Assembly: GCA_049999805.1 (NCBI GenBank)
Contig: JBNGIO010006317.1
Coordinates: 388,909 to 439,727 of the forward strand
Origin: Folioceros fuciformis
Lineage: Eukaryota
Reading direction: 5' to 3'
DNA: 50,819 nucleotides
Shown in pieces: positions 1 through 11,639 of this stretch. Position 1 is the stretch's first letter. Each line of letters begins with the position of its first letter. The notes below the pieces were generated by a model. It did not search any database, had not been told where the DNA came from, and saw only the letters and a list, made by a program, of their open reading frames with translations. The position numbers were made by a program, and so were the translations under genes.

Positions 1-1605
1 TCCTCGGACTCGGCCCCCTTTTATGCTCACGCGCTCACTGGCCGCATTGATCACAGCCGCCCGGCTTCACGTGCTGCCGCCCACCACCCCGACAAGGGCC
101 GGATCCATCGCCCACCACCGTGAAGCTCCGTGGGGGCGATGGAATTCCTGCTCCCCGCTCCCGCGAACGAGCGACGGCAGCGGAGCTTGACTACCCGAGC
201 CGAGCCGAGCCGAGCCGGCTCCACTGGGCCCTCCCCTTACCAAGCTCGCTACCACCAGGGATCGCGAAGTGAATGGGAAAAAGAGGAAGGAAGGGAAGGG
301 AAGGAAGGAAGGAAGCGTGTGCGACACCGAGGCTCTCACTCCTTCTCGGGAGTCAGTGTGTGCTCGGGCCGGGGCTGGGGCAGGGCCAGGAGCTGAGAGG
401 CGCGGGCTGCGGGCTGGAGGACTGGGGCTGTTGCAACTGCACAGTGCAGTCTGCCTGCTGCTCCTCCGCCTCCGCCTGCTGCACCTCCTGCCCCGCACGA
501 GGTACTGCTCCAACCAGTCCAACAGTGCCCGTCCCCCGTCCGCCCGTCCCGTTCCGTCACCCCGCTCCACAGTGTTACTCCACGGATAAATGGCTGCCAA
601 GTTAGCAGCGCCCTAAAGCAGGCGAGCGTGCGGGCATGACCCCTAAATTAAGCCCCACGTCCACTTCCCATGCAACGTGACCAGGCTGTCACGTTAAGCC
701 CCTCCATCCCACCACCCCGGGTTCGAACTCGCTCTCTCTCTCGGCCGGCTGCTCCTCTTAGTCCAGTTCAACAGTTGCCTTACCTTGCCTTGTCTTGCCA
801 GTGCCGGTAGGTGGCGGCCCCAATCACGGGCGCCGCTCTGATCCCACGGGTGTCCCGCCCCGCCAGCCCGTGATCGCCAGCCGCTTTTCCTCCCACTTCT
901 TCCCCCGGATTCCGCCCTTACCCTCTCCTGCACCGCCGCGTGGCGCTCCGGTGGTTGCCACCCCTTCGTCGCAGTAAAAGGTGAAAACCTTTTCTTACCT
1001 TCCTCCCCGGCCGCATGACCCATTATGGGGCCTGCGACGCCTTTCCCTCCTGGCCTGCACGCGCGTGGCCTCCTGGCCTCCTCCCTCACCCTGTTTCCCC
1101 ACCACCACTAATCCACACTCTCCATCCATTACAAAACAATTAAACAACACCCATCAATCCACCCAGAAAGAGTCGCAACGACGACGACCCAATCCACCCA
1201 GCAACAGTCAGTCCATGATCGTGTGATTCAATTCCGACACGGTCGGTCTTCTCGCAGCCCACGGCTCTCAGTCTAACTAAGCACAACGTAATCCAAATCC
1301 CAGAAACTGAATTATGTATACCAGATTCAAAGATGTACATACACACACTCGGGGCTGGAGCCCCCCAGCATGCTTGCAGGCTTGCAGCAACCGAGTCCTG
1401 CTTTCGGGAGGCGAGCGAAAGAGAGGAGTAGGCAGCAGGCGGGGCAGGGCAGGGCCAACATGAGCGGCATGGGAGAGAGAGAGAAGAGCGAGGGGAAGGA
1501 GGGGGATTCGGACAGTTCTGCATGCTCATGAACATACACGTCGCTCTCGCGATGCCCAACAACCCAACCACCCCCCACCTCAACCGCACTGGGGCCCAAA
1601 TTCCC

Positions 1606-1677
1606 AGGCTTCCCGAGCTCCCCAAGCTTACCACGCTTCCCGAGCTCCCCAAGCTTACCAAGCTTCCCGAGCTCCCC
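1606..1677 (+). repeat. Short tandem repeat (about 27 bp, CTTCCCGAGCTCCCCAAGCTTACCA-like, x3) encoding LPELPK units in a 67-aa ORF (1522-1725)
   Basis: Visible direct repeats; the translation reads RLPELPKLTTLPELPKLTKLPELPS. Confidence 0.8.
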
Positions 1678-2089
1678 TCCTCGCCGGCCCCGTTTAGGCT
1701 GCCCGCATCGCACACGGAAAGCTAAAGCGAATTGACATCAAATTTAGACAAAGCAGGGAGGGGGAAGACTGAAGGGTAGACCCGTTGCCGCCCACCTACA
1801 CGTATTACGTGGTTAGTTATCTGGGAGCCATGAGCCATGAGGCATGAGCCATGAGGTCAACGACCGCACGCCAATCGCACCCAGAAAAATGACTGCCGGC
1901 CTGGAACTTGAGAAAACAAAACATCGGTCCCACCGCATGCAAAGCGTGCATGGGCCAATGGACATTGTCTTCCCATTCTCCTCCTCGCTTGCTGCCCCTC
2001 ACCCCCCCCCGCCTTCGACTTTTCCAACCAACCCATCTGATTCTCACTAACGACGAGAACGAGCTTTACTCACTCAACCCGCTCTTCTA

Positions 2090-3440
2090 TGCTTAACGTC
2101 CAAAGCTGGGCTGCTTAGTTCGGCTCATTGTTTCTTTATGTGGAACGGACATAAGTTCTTGTTCTGGTCGGGACAAATTAGCAGCATGAGTAACAACCAT
2201 ATGCTTCCGGCTAGAACCCCTGACAACATTGTGAAGTTGAACACAAAGCTCTTGTACTCGTTGAAGTATAGTGCAATGCAAATCATGGATAAGCACCATG
2301 ATTTCTGTCCTCTTATGGGGTTGGGTTGTACATCTGAGTCTTCTATATCTCTTTGTCTCTCCTCTTGTAATTCTTCGTTGTGCTCGATGGACAACTCAGT
2401 CTTCAAATCCTCTACTTCCACGACATGGTCTTTGCATCTTTGGCTTTCGTGTGAAAGTACCTCATGAGACATTTTTGTTCACAGTGGTGAACACATTTAT
2501 GATTGGTGTGTGCTGTGTTCATACTAGTAAGCACTAATTTGAATTATTTTGAGTAGCTTAGAATTATGTATGTATATAATTTGTTTATTGAAGTCTACTT
2601 GTACTTAAAGTTTTGATCCTTTGTTGCATGATGTTTTCATTTTTTTTTGAATTGATGTCAATTCGTACACTTCGTTCATGAATCGCTTAGCATTCAAAAT
2701 GACCTTTTGGTGTTTGCAGCATTGAATCGTTTTTGCTTCATACTAATGCCTTTGAACATATGGTAAACTATGACTCTTCATATTTTTACTCATTTATTAA
2801 TATTTTTTAAGGATTCTATGTGAGGAATTCTAAACATCAAAAGCACCTAGTATTCTGAATGACAAACTGATCAAGTTCATGTCACTTCATTATTCAATAA
2901 TCAAAAGATGAGGACCACCAAAGCTACTACTTAAGGGTGGTAGCTTCTAATCTTGCATAGAATTGTGAAAAGTGTTTGGATTAGAGGAGCAGCTACTATG
3001 GATCCACAACCTACTAAGCAAGTTGTGAATTTCATGTGTAATGGATTTTCAAAAGAGATTGATAAGAAACAAATGATTTTAACATGCCCTAAATGTGGTA
3101 AAGAGAGACAACATAGATCAGAGAACCCATGGGAAGATTGGTTGAGTGAACGAGAGAAGAAAAGCCAAGTGAAGAAAAGACTCGAAATCGAATTAGAAGC
3201 TGCAAGAGTTGATCAAGTTATGTTGTCACGGAACATTGAGGCTCTGTGCCACAATATCCAAGAGCTAGTCCATGTTTTGGAACATTAGACTTACTAGAGT
3301 AATAGGTAGACAAAGAGTTCTAGAAGTTTAGAGTGTAAATTGCTGTGACTCATTTTGTCTTACATTTGTAAATCAGTTCATGGAAAGAACGTTTTACGGA
3401 TTGAAGGTTTAGGGCTGGGGATTAGGGTTAGGGTTTTGTT
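2090..3440. mobile_element. AT-rich transposon-like island with two short divergent ORFs
   Basis: Abrupt GC drop against both flanks. ORF 2953-3288(+) has a CPKC motif plus coiled-coil-like tail; ORF 2125-2472(-) is acidic then hydrophobic. TTAGGG-like motifs near 3410-3435. No TIR, LTR or TSD identified. Confidence 0.4.
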
Positions 3441-4774
3441 CCGTGTTTTCGTCCTTCTTGAATGCAGCAGAGAGACGCTTCAGCCCGGAGATGAGATGCT
3501 TAATGCGTGTGAGAGATGCTCACAAAATCGGCGAGCGTAACGGAACCGGCGATGCGCTTTAAGGTGAAGGCGACTGGTGAGGCATTCCTGGCCTTGAGGC
3601 CTGACGCCTAACGTCCATGGACGAAAGCGAGGGTGGCGACGTCTGTTGGCTACGGAAAAAGGGCGCAGGGAGATGGCCGTTAGGAGGCATGCAAAGGATG
3701 CGCATGAGAGCGATGCCAGTACACACATGAGCGGCATGATGTGGGGCATGGGTAGCCAGCCCACCCGCATGTCGTTGTCGTGGAGGTCGGGCAGCTGGCA
3801 GTGGGCCAAGCATGCATGCATGCGCCGCACGGGTGACCCATCCCAATCGCCCATCGCCAATCGCACATCTCCCATCGCCCGCGTGCTTCCTCTTGCTGCT
3901 CTCCTCCCTGCTGCGTTTCTCATGACTGAGTGAATGGAAGAGTTCCGAGAGAACGAGGTAATGGCTCTCTCTCCTCTCGTGAGTAGGGCAGTCCTTTGGA
4001 TACTCATGAATATGGATGTACATGGCATGAGCCCAGCACACTCACTGGTGGAGGACGGGGCTGGAGCCCTCGTCTCTTGCCACGAGCCCGGCTGGGGTCA
4101 TCGTGATGACCCAGGAGATGGAGGAAGAAGGGGGAAGAGGGTCAAGGACGGGAGAAGAGGAAGGAAGGAGAGGAGCAGGAAGAAGATGGAATTCACATTA
4201 GTTTAGTATAGAGTAATCCCGTGCACAGCATGGAACCTTGTACGCACCGATGAGTGAGAGGGAGGAGGAGGAGGAGGGGCCCGGCACCGCCACAAGCACA
4301 GGCACCGGCAGGGCTCCATGCCAAGCAATCGTGTTGACCAGTACAGACATGGGGGGCTGGGCCAGGGCAGTACATATGCTTTCCCTGTTGCCTTTCCAGG
4401 ACCACTGCCGCCGTGGGGTGGCCATTCATGTGACAATAATGCCCAACCTTTTGTTTCTAGCTCTTTGTTGCTGCACTGTCTCGAGCGAGCCCATGGCTTC
4501 AGATTCCCTGATCCCGCTCACATGGAAGAGAGGAAGCAAGGGAAGGGAACGCGAGGCAATGCCAGGCCAAGCAAAGGATATGTCAATCGGCAGGGTTCAT
4601 GGCGGTGCACGTCAAACGGGTGGAGAGATGAGCTCCACCGGGAAGCTGAGATTATTAGGGCTGGCGCTGGCGCTGGCCTGCAGCTGCACCAGAGGCAGCG
4701 GCAGCTGTGAGCAGTATCCGTGCACCATGTGAGCACACCCCCCCTTTTTCCCGCACATGTAAGTACAGTGCAGC

Positions 4775-6604
4775 CTAATTCTCAAACATTGTGCACTGGT
4801 GGCAGATTCCTTTCTCCACAGATGTGATGTGCTGGAGGGCCGAGAACGACAAGTCACAAACGCTAAGTTGCGGGTTCCTTACCTGCATCATTGCACTGGA
4901 GGCCTGCCTGCCGGACAAGGATCGGGCCCGGGGCTGTTGTGTTCTGAGCGGGGGCAGGCAGGTCAGGCCAGGCAGGGCCACGCCAGACTCCATAGTCAGG
5001 ACTTTCATCAGCCCAGGCTGCTGCGAAGCAACGCAAAGCAAAGCACGGCAATGCAAAATGACGCCGTCCGGAAAAGAAAGGAGAAAGATGGGTAGTGTTA
5101 ATGGGATATATGCGTGGAAGGCCGTATCCATATCCCATACCAGGGCATTGGGCCCAGGGCTGCTTCTCGGGAGCCGCTCCCCCACCCCCTGACAGATATC
5201 ACCGCCATGCTGCAATCTCGAGACGGATGGGGGAAAAAGAAAGGGCATGGCTGCAAATCCCTCCGTTGCATGGGGCTCTGGCGCCAAGGACAGGACACGC
5301 CACACCACACCAGACCGGACCAGACCACGCCAGACCGACACAAGCAGATTGCAGGACGTGGGATAGTACTTCCACACTTGTGGACTATTTTTAGCATTGA
5401 GCAGTCCGAGGTTTTCTTTCTCGCTGCTGCTCGCAGCGTCTCCCAGAAGAGGAGGAGATTGGAGAAGAGAGGGGGAAGCTGATCATGAGCACTATGGCCC
5501 ATGAGGCGTCTCCCACCCAAATTCCTGCTGCATTGTTGCGAAAGGAAGGATGAAGGTGGGTGATGATGTCGGGGCCACGACTTGCGCCTGCGCTGCCCTC
5601 TTGCATCGAAATCACACAAGCGAACATGCGTTCTGCCTCTACAAATCCACAAGCACATCAGTGAGTACGTGTTGAGGCATACAAACCGCACATGCCAGAT
5701 AGTGATGAAAGCAACCAAACTATATCCTATTGCAACACGCAACGTGCAGATGGCCACATTCACAATGATATCCACAGCACACCGAAGCAGCACTGTGCAC
5801 AGCACAGCACACCAGGGCAAGGGCAAGGGCAAGGGCAAGGGAGCGGCAGCTCGCTGGTGCCCACCGCACACCGCACAGCACTGGTAACTAACGAACATCA
5901 CAGACACAGACACAGACACACACAGGGCCATCATTTTCATTCGGTACCTATGCATCACCTGCCTGTCGTCCTTGGGGAGTAATGATGGATTTGGCAGCGA
6001 TAAGACGGAAGTTTGACTCCCAAGCAAAGCAACAAAGAACACGGATGCAGTAAACGCAAAGGCCCAGTGAGGCATTCGTTACCCAGAATGATGGCTTTCC
6101 GCTCATGTCTTTGTTGTTTGCCGATTTCTGGTGCCGAAAGGTGTTCATTGGATGCATGACCACTCCAGCACTCCGGCACTGCACTGGCCTGCCCTGCCCT
6201 GCCCTACCTGCTGCACCAGTGGCCAGTCGGACTTCCCAGCCCAAGGCATATCCCAACGCTCTCAACAACACCGCCAGGTTCTCACCGCCCTCTAGCACAG
6301 TGCCCGAAAGTGCTGCAGAATCCCCCCTTCATAATGCCAGGAGGGGGCAACAAGGATACTTGTCAGGGGAAGATTCCTTACACATCAACTCTGCAGTTCC
6401 CCAGTTCGTGCTCCAGCTCCCAGGGGAACAAGACAAAGCTGTACAAAACTATTACAGTACATGCATACAACACACTACCACACTCTCTCCCCTCCGCCTA
6501 GGCCTCACCCCCCTTGCACGGAATTTTTTACTCGCATGCAGATTCTTCATCCGCAGTCTGCATCAGGGAGTGAAAGCAAGGCTTTACTAAACAGTACCCG
6601 CCAT
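4775..6604 (-). CDS. Putative multi-exon gene of unknown function (hand-built model)
   Basis: CT-rich leader near 6620-6680, ATG GCG G|GT at 6604, then several GT-AG-bounded exons whose lengths are multiples of 3 (57, 99, 45, 69, 138 nt) joining in an open frame and ending HITSVEKGICHQCTMFEN*. No recognisable domain; the middle junctions are uncertain. Confidence 0.3.
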
Positions 6605-7806
6605 TTCTCCTCCTGTCTTCTCTCTCCAGACCGATGACAAGCGGGGAAGAGAGGCAACAAGAGAGAGAGAGAGCAGCTGGCTTGGGTTTTGATGTCACCT
6701 ACATAGTCTAGATACAAGAATAAGAAAAGAAGGATGGAGCCATGTTAGCCTAGTGCTGGCCATGGAAAGTGGGTGCGGGTACAAGTCAACTTCTCATGAG
6801 ATCTCTTGTCGGCTGCCCCTGGCAGCTTTCTGATTTCCAGCCTATTTTCTAATGCCCCAGTGCTCGAGATTCCCCCAACTCTCTGCAACATGAACGGGCA
6901 AACTCTTACAGGCTCACAGGCGCCGGCCGACCCGTCTTGTCATGTTGTTTTCATGCCACAATGCGTCCGTATAGGTGCGGGATTCCGAGGCATGAAGTCC
7001 CAGCGGCACCACCAACATCTCATGTACCCGCTCTAATCTGTGCACTCGGGTCAGTAAGGACTCGGAGACTGCACTGCGTCAGTGACATCGGATGGGACCA
7101 CCTTCGGAAACGTGTGTATCTGTGTCTGACCCAGCGCTGCGGATTGAGAGGAAGCTCTTATTTCATGTTGGATCCGAACCTGCATCCAATCCCAGTGGAA
7201 CCTGCATCACATGCAGACAAAGGAGGCTGAGGAGGACACCTTTACAGGATCCCGCAGCCACTCACACTTGCGCTTGGGAAACACTTATCTTATTCCCAAC
7301 TCGCCTGCATCGGCCACCGACCATTGAAATGCCACCTAAACTCCTGCAGCTCTTCAGCAGAACGTAGCGTACCTTCGCTCACCCTCACCAGATCCACGCG
7401 AGATTTCATTTCGTCAAGAGGGCGCAGGTGCAACAGAGCTCGAGGTGGTCACAAGCTATACATCTTACAAAACGCTACATACAAGCGGACAACAGACCCT
7501 GCAATTGCAGAGATATTGCGCAGTGGTGTACACAAGGCATTTCCACAACTCAAAATTGCTCTGCCAACTTCAAACCTGTGTGGCAACTGCCATCTTATCA
7601 CGTGCGCACTCGAAACGCCATAGATTACATCCTGTACAAGTCTCATCGTCATCCTCTACCAACTCCTCTCGTTTGGCTGATACGGAAGACCACAACCACA
7701 CAGTTACAGGGTCGCACTACATGGTCCACTCTCGTGCTGGCCCCAAGAATGCCCGTGAAAGCAAACGACCGCCACTGCTTCCATCTCACCATCAGGTGCA
7801 CCATGC

Positions 7807-9216
7807 TCACAGAGCCATCTCTTTCTGCAAAACTTCGAGCTCTTCGTCTCCTGAGCTCTCAGCCTCAGCCTTTTGCGGAAGAAGCCTCGTGGGCAGCTGC
7901 GGCGCAGATGCAACTGCAGCTGCAGCCGGTAATGGAGTGGACAGAACCTCCTCCCCCAAATCAGCCCCTTCCAGTTCAAGCAATTCAGCTTCTAACTCAT
8001 CCTGCAATGCCAACCAAATGCAATGAAATTTTCAGTCTTGAGCCCGGAGCAGTGCACACTAGAAGCACCTGGACCTGCTACTACCTCGTCATACTCTGCC
8101 CCAGGCAAGGGACCTGCTAAGGCGTCTTGAATCTGCTTTATGTTGTCTGCCTGTCCGCTGATATCATCAATAGTCTTCTCAACATCATCCATATTCCTGC
8201 AACCACCAAATCAGGCTGCTTCAATCACAAATCTGTTGTGCACATTACCCTTCCCACGTGTTCGGAATACAAAGATCAAAACTAACTTCAGTTAGACATG
8301 AGCAGTGCCCAAAAAAAAAAAAAAAAAAAAAAGCTACACCGCACGCAGGGGGGGTCCATACGTGGCCTTTTGCATATCTTTCATTGCAGAGGCTGCTGTC
8401 CGGAGTGCAGCGACAGTTTCAGTTGTTGCTTTTGCTCCTTCTAGGAGAATCATCTAGGACATTGCCAACTCAAGAGTTTTAAAGCACCCCCAAATACGCC
8501 CTCAACTCAGCAAACCCATTCCAGGGCAACAGATCATACAAGTCACGATAAGAGTCATGCCTATTCGCTCATTCACCTGGAACAGTCATGCCTATTCGCT
8601 CATTCGCACACGATACATGGCGGTCCTACCTGGTCATGAATCCGCAATTGAAAATTCCCAAGCTGTTCGATTTGCACTTCATACATCTTCTTCCTCTTTA
8701 GAAACTGAATGGCAGCTAAATAGGAGAAACCCACCAAGTTCAGAGACAAAATTATCAAAACCTCTGACAAACTCGAAGCAGTGCAACAGCCCTCCCTATT
8801 CACCTTTCTTGTTCTTAGCTCGGGTAGCTTCCCTGGCTTTTTCAACTTGTAGAGCTGCCTTCTTCTGCAGAAAGTGTTCCTTCTTCTCCAACGACTCGAG
8901 AACCTGCACCACCGGGATGGAGTAAAGTCAGTGCCTAACAATCAAACGCTTCCGAATTCTCCTCAATTGTGTGAATGCAGCCCTGTCGCCATCCTTCCCG
9001 TCAATTTCATCCGCGTCTGTCCACAAGAACGGACCCTACACAAATTTCCCCGCCAATCTTCTGCGACTTGCATGAGACACTAATTCCATGTCTCGTCTTC
9101 TCCACCAAATGCTGTTAGCAAGCAACAACTGAGCGCACCTCATTGAGCTTGTCAAGTGTTGCAAGGGTGGAAGATCCCTCGTCATCTTTTTGCTTCCCGA
9201 AAAGCCAACTGAACAT
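7807..9216 (-). CDS. VPS32: ESCRT-III subunit SNF7/VPS32 (CHMP4-like), 6 exons, 220 aa
   Basis: Exons 9216-9139 (MFSWLFGKQK...LDKLNE), 8903-8804, 8715-8630 (AAIQFLKRKKMYEVQIEQLGNFQLRIHDQ), 8453-8362 (MILLEGAKATTETV), 8196-8085 and 8001-7807 (DELEAELLELEG...LQKEMAL*). All introns GT-AG with consistent phases; classic Snf7 motifs. Confidence 0.96.
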
Positions 9217-9592
9217 GATGGCGTCCACACTGCTGGTGCTGAAAACTGAAGGCTGCTTGGCATGTCAACCTACGCATGTCCTAGACCAATTACAGCAATG
9301 TCCTTCATGTCTGCACCAGCCACTCCATGGCCCTTTCACAGACAATTCCCAGAAATGTCGAATTCGAGAACAGTCTAGCCTTTCATCAGACAAACTGCTA
9401 CAGCGGTCTATCGACCCCGCAGCGCCTGGATTCTTGAGCAGCAAAGAGGGAACACCAAAAGGAAAATCCTGATTGAAACCAAAAAGGCAACAAGTGCACG
9501 CCACGTCAGGCTCAGGGAGCAGTCAGGTTTGCGGGAGCTTCATGCACGTAGGCTGGCCATGTGACACTGTGAGGTGGTAATTGGGAGCCAGG

Positions 9593-9626
9593 TGGGCCAG
9601 GTTTGTTTCCATTTCCCAAACCCTAG
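9593..9626 (+). promoter_or_regulatory. Site II-like (TGGGCC) plus telo-box (AAACCCTAG) in the divergent promoter between VPS32 and the RPA49-like pseudogene
   Basis: TGGGCC at 9593-9598 and AAACCCTAG at 9618-9626, a pairing typical of plant ribosome-biogenesis gene promoters. Confidence 0.5.
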
Positions 9627-9688
9627 TTTGCACTTCCTACGTCTCGCGGGGCTCCTTCGGTGAATCAGAGCAGGTGGCTAAGAGACAC

Positions 9689-11476
9689 TATGGGAAAGTG
9701 GAGACATAGTGGGGCAAGCGGCTTGGAGAAACTTCGGGGAGGCGGAAACCCCGGGAAGGAAGCGGGTTTTAGAGACTACGGTGAGACGGAAATCTTAGGC
9801 AGCGGAGCTAGCGGCTGGGAGAGATTACGGGGAGATGGGATTGGGGAGCGAGCGCCAGCATTGACATGACCAGAGTCACCGTAAGAGGAAGCGGAGGATT
9901 TACGTGAACACTGGAGCATGTTGAACTATTGGAGGGGCAGACCGGGTCGTGTGTTGGTTATCTCCCCACGGGATTTGATCCGGCGACGGCAAGCATAGCC
10001 CGCGAGAGAGGCGAGGATCGGCCTCCCTTGATGGCAGTTGGTTTGCAGTTCATACTGCCCAGAAGTTCGAGCAGCCGCAGCAGCAGTTAGTTGCCAGGGC
10101 ATGTGGGAGTGTAGATTTTGTGGGGATGAACGGCAGTGGTGATGCTGCTATCTGGCATCCCTGCAGATATGCACTTGGAGTGTTCAACAAGGATGATGAG
10201 GCGTTGAAGCTGATGCCGGGAGAATGTGTCGTTTGTTTTGTTCCCGTCAAGAGGATGGATGTTTGAGAGGAGTAGTCGACAGGAATCTGGTGTGCGACGT
10301 AAAGGCCATCCGTGCAGGTGCAGCTGGAAAGCCTTTGCCTCACTGTGATGCATTAGGTTCTTGGATTGGAGCCAAGAGTGAAAGGCGTGATGTGTAGGCA
10401 TACCAACGGCGATGAATTGAATGACCTAGCAATGACAATGAGATGATGAGCTTCAGATGGAGATGATGACACACTCTCCTTAGTCAGCCTTCGAATGGAA
10501 GGTATACTTGTCGTTTCTCAGTTCTTTCGTATTATACAGAGCTGGAAGTCGGAAGTGCTGTCCCTGTGCCTGTAATCCGACTGTGATGAGACTTTGGTGC
10601 CTAATTAGTTTGCAAACTGAAGGCGTGCCAGGGGCGTGATCAGGGACTCCGCTGTGCTTTAGGAGATTTTACAGCAAAAAATGAAGAATGTCATCCAGCC
10701 TGCTTAGCTGGTCACCAGGAACAAATCACTGCCAAAGGCAAATGCAAAGATGATTGGGAATGTCCCTCCTCATATTTGCTGCCACATGTGTTGTGAACCC
10801 TTATTCTCTCGATTGAGCTAATGTCTTTCAGGAGTGTGTGAGCCTTGATACCAACGAATTGAAGAAGGCTATCGGTAAGGTGCCTGCTGAACACGAGGGG
10901 TTGTGGCGGTACAACGACTACCAAGTCTGTGTTCAATCAGCTTCGCGGGCTCGGAGTGCAGGTGTGGTTGTCTCCCTTGCTTGTGTTCCGTCACCTCTGT
11001 CTTGCTTGTACTGGAGAGCTGCTGGAATTGTTTCGCAGGATGAGGGAAGTTCAGGGTGACGGTGCTCATCCCTTTCAAAGGGGTAGCAAATGTACTTAGC
11101 ACGCTACTGTCTCACAACATGCCGCAACACGGTTGGGGGCGAAATTGTGCAACACCCTTGAGAGGTTACTTGGGGTCATCCCAAGGAGCTGGGTAGTGGG
11201 AGGGAGGAGCCAGCCCACCTCTTGTGGCAGCTAGACTGACTGGAGTGCTGAGAACAGTTGGAGAGCCTTTGCAATCTCGGACCAGCTGGGTCGACGGGCT
11301 TGGAATCTGCCGCCGTTTTTTTAAACGAGTGGCTAATACTGGCCCCCCTCCATTGTAACTGCCCTCGTCTTTCAGGAGTCAAAAGTGATGTGGACCCGAG
11401 GAACAGAGCCGAACGCCCTTGCAACCTGCGGACTGCAGAATCTAAAGACATCGTTAAGTGTGTAAAAACTATGTGA
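9689..11476 (+). pseudogene. RPA49: RNA polymerase I subunit RPA49 (A49-like factor) pseudogene
   Basis: Frameshifted fragments CVGYLPTGFDP, QLVARACGSVDFVGMNGSGDAAIWHPCRYALGVFNKDDEALKLMP, LEPRVKG and GNVPPH match plant A49-like proteins in order. Several frameshifts and stops; the 3' limit is uncertain. Confidence 0.7.
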
Positions 11477-11639
11477 TGGTGTACACCCTTCAGGGCCCGA
11501 GGTAGAATCAGAAAACTTACAAGACGACGTTTCGGTCTTCCACGTTCATTTCCTAATACGTATGCATAAAGGCGCACTTCCATTGTAATATGCGCGGTCG
11601 TGCAAACGCGGAGCTAAGTACATGGGATTGCTACGATCA

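Noticed and set aside
67..1226. Several overlapping GC-rich ORFs at the window start
   Set aside because: Low-complexity, open in many frames because of high GC, no domain; more likely leader or promoter DNA of a gene outside the window.
4784..4824. Alternative frame ending ERNLPPVHNV* resembling an RGF/GLV peptide
   Set aside because: Lacks the DY needed for the sulfated motif, and that frame has a stop in the upstream candidate exon.
6806..7700. ORFs downstream of VPS32, including 7428-8120(+)
   Set aside because: Antisense to VPS32 or its 3' region, with no recognisable motifs.
8555..8605. Short (~31 bp period) duplication in VPS32 intron 3
   Set aside because: Ordinary slippage duplication with no effect on the coding sequence.
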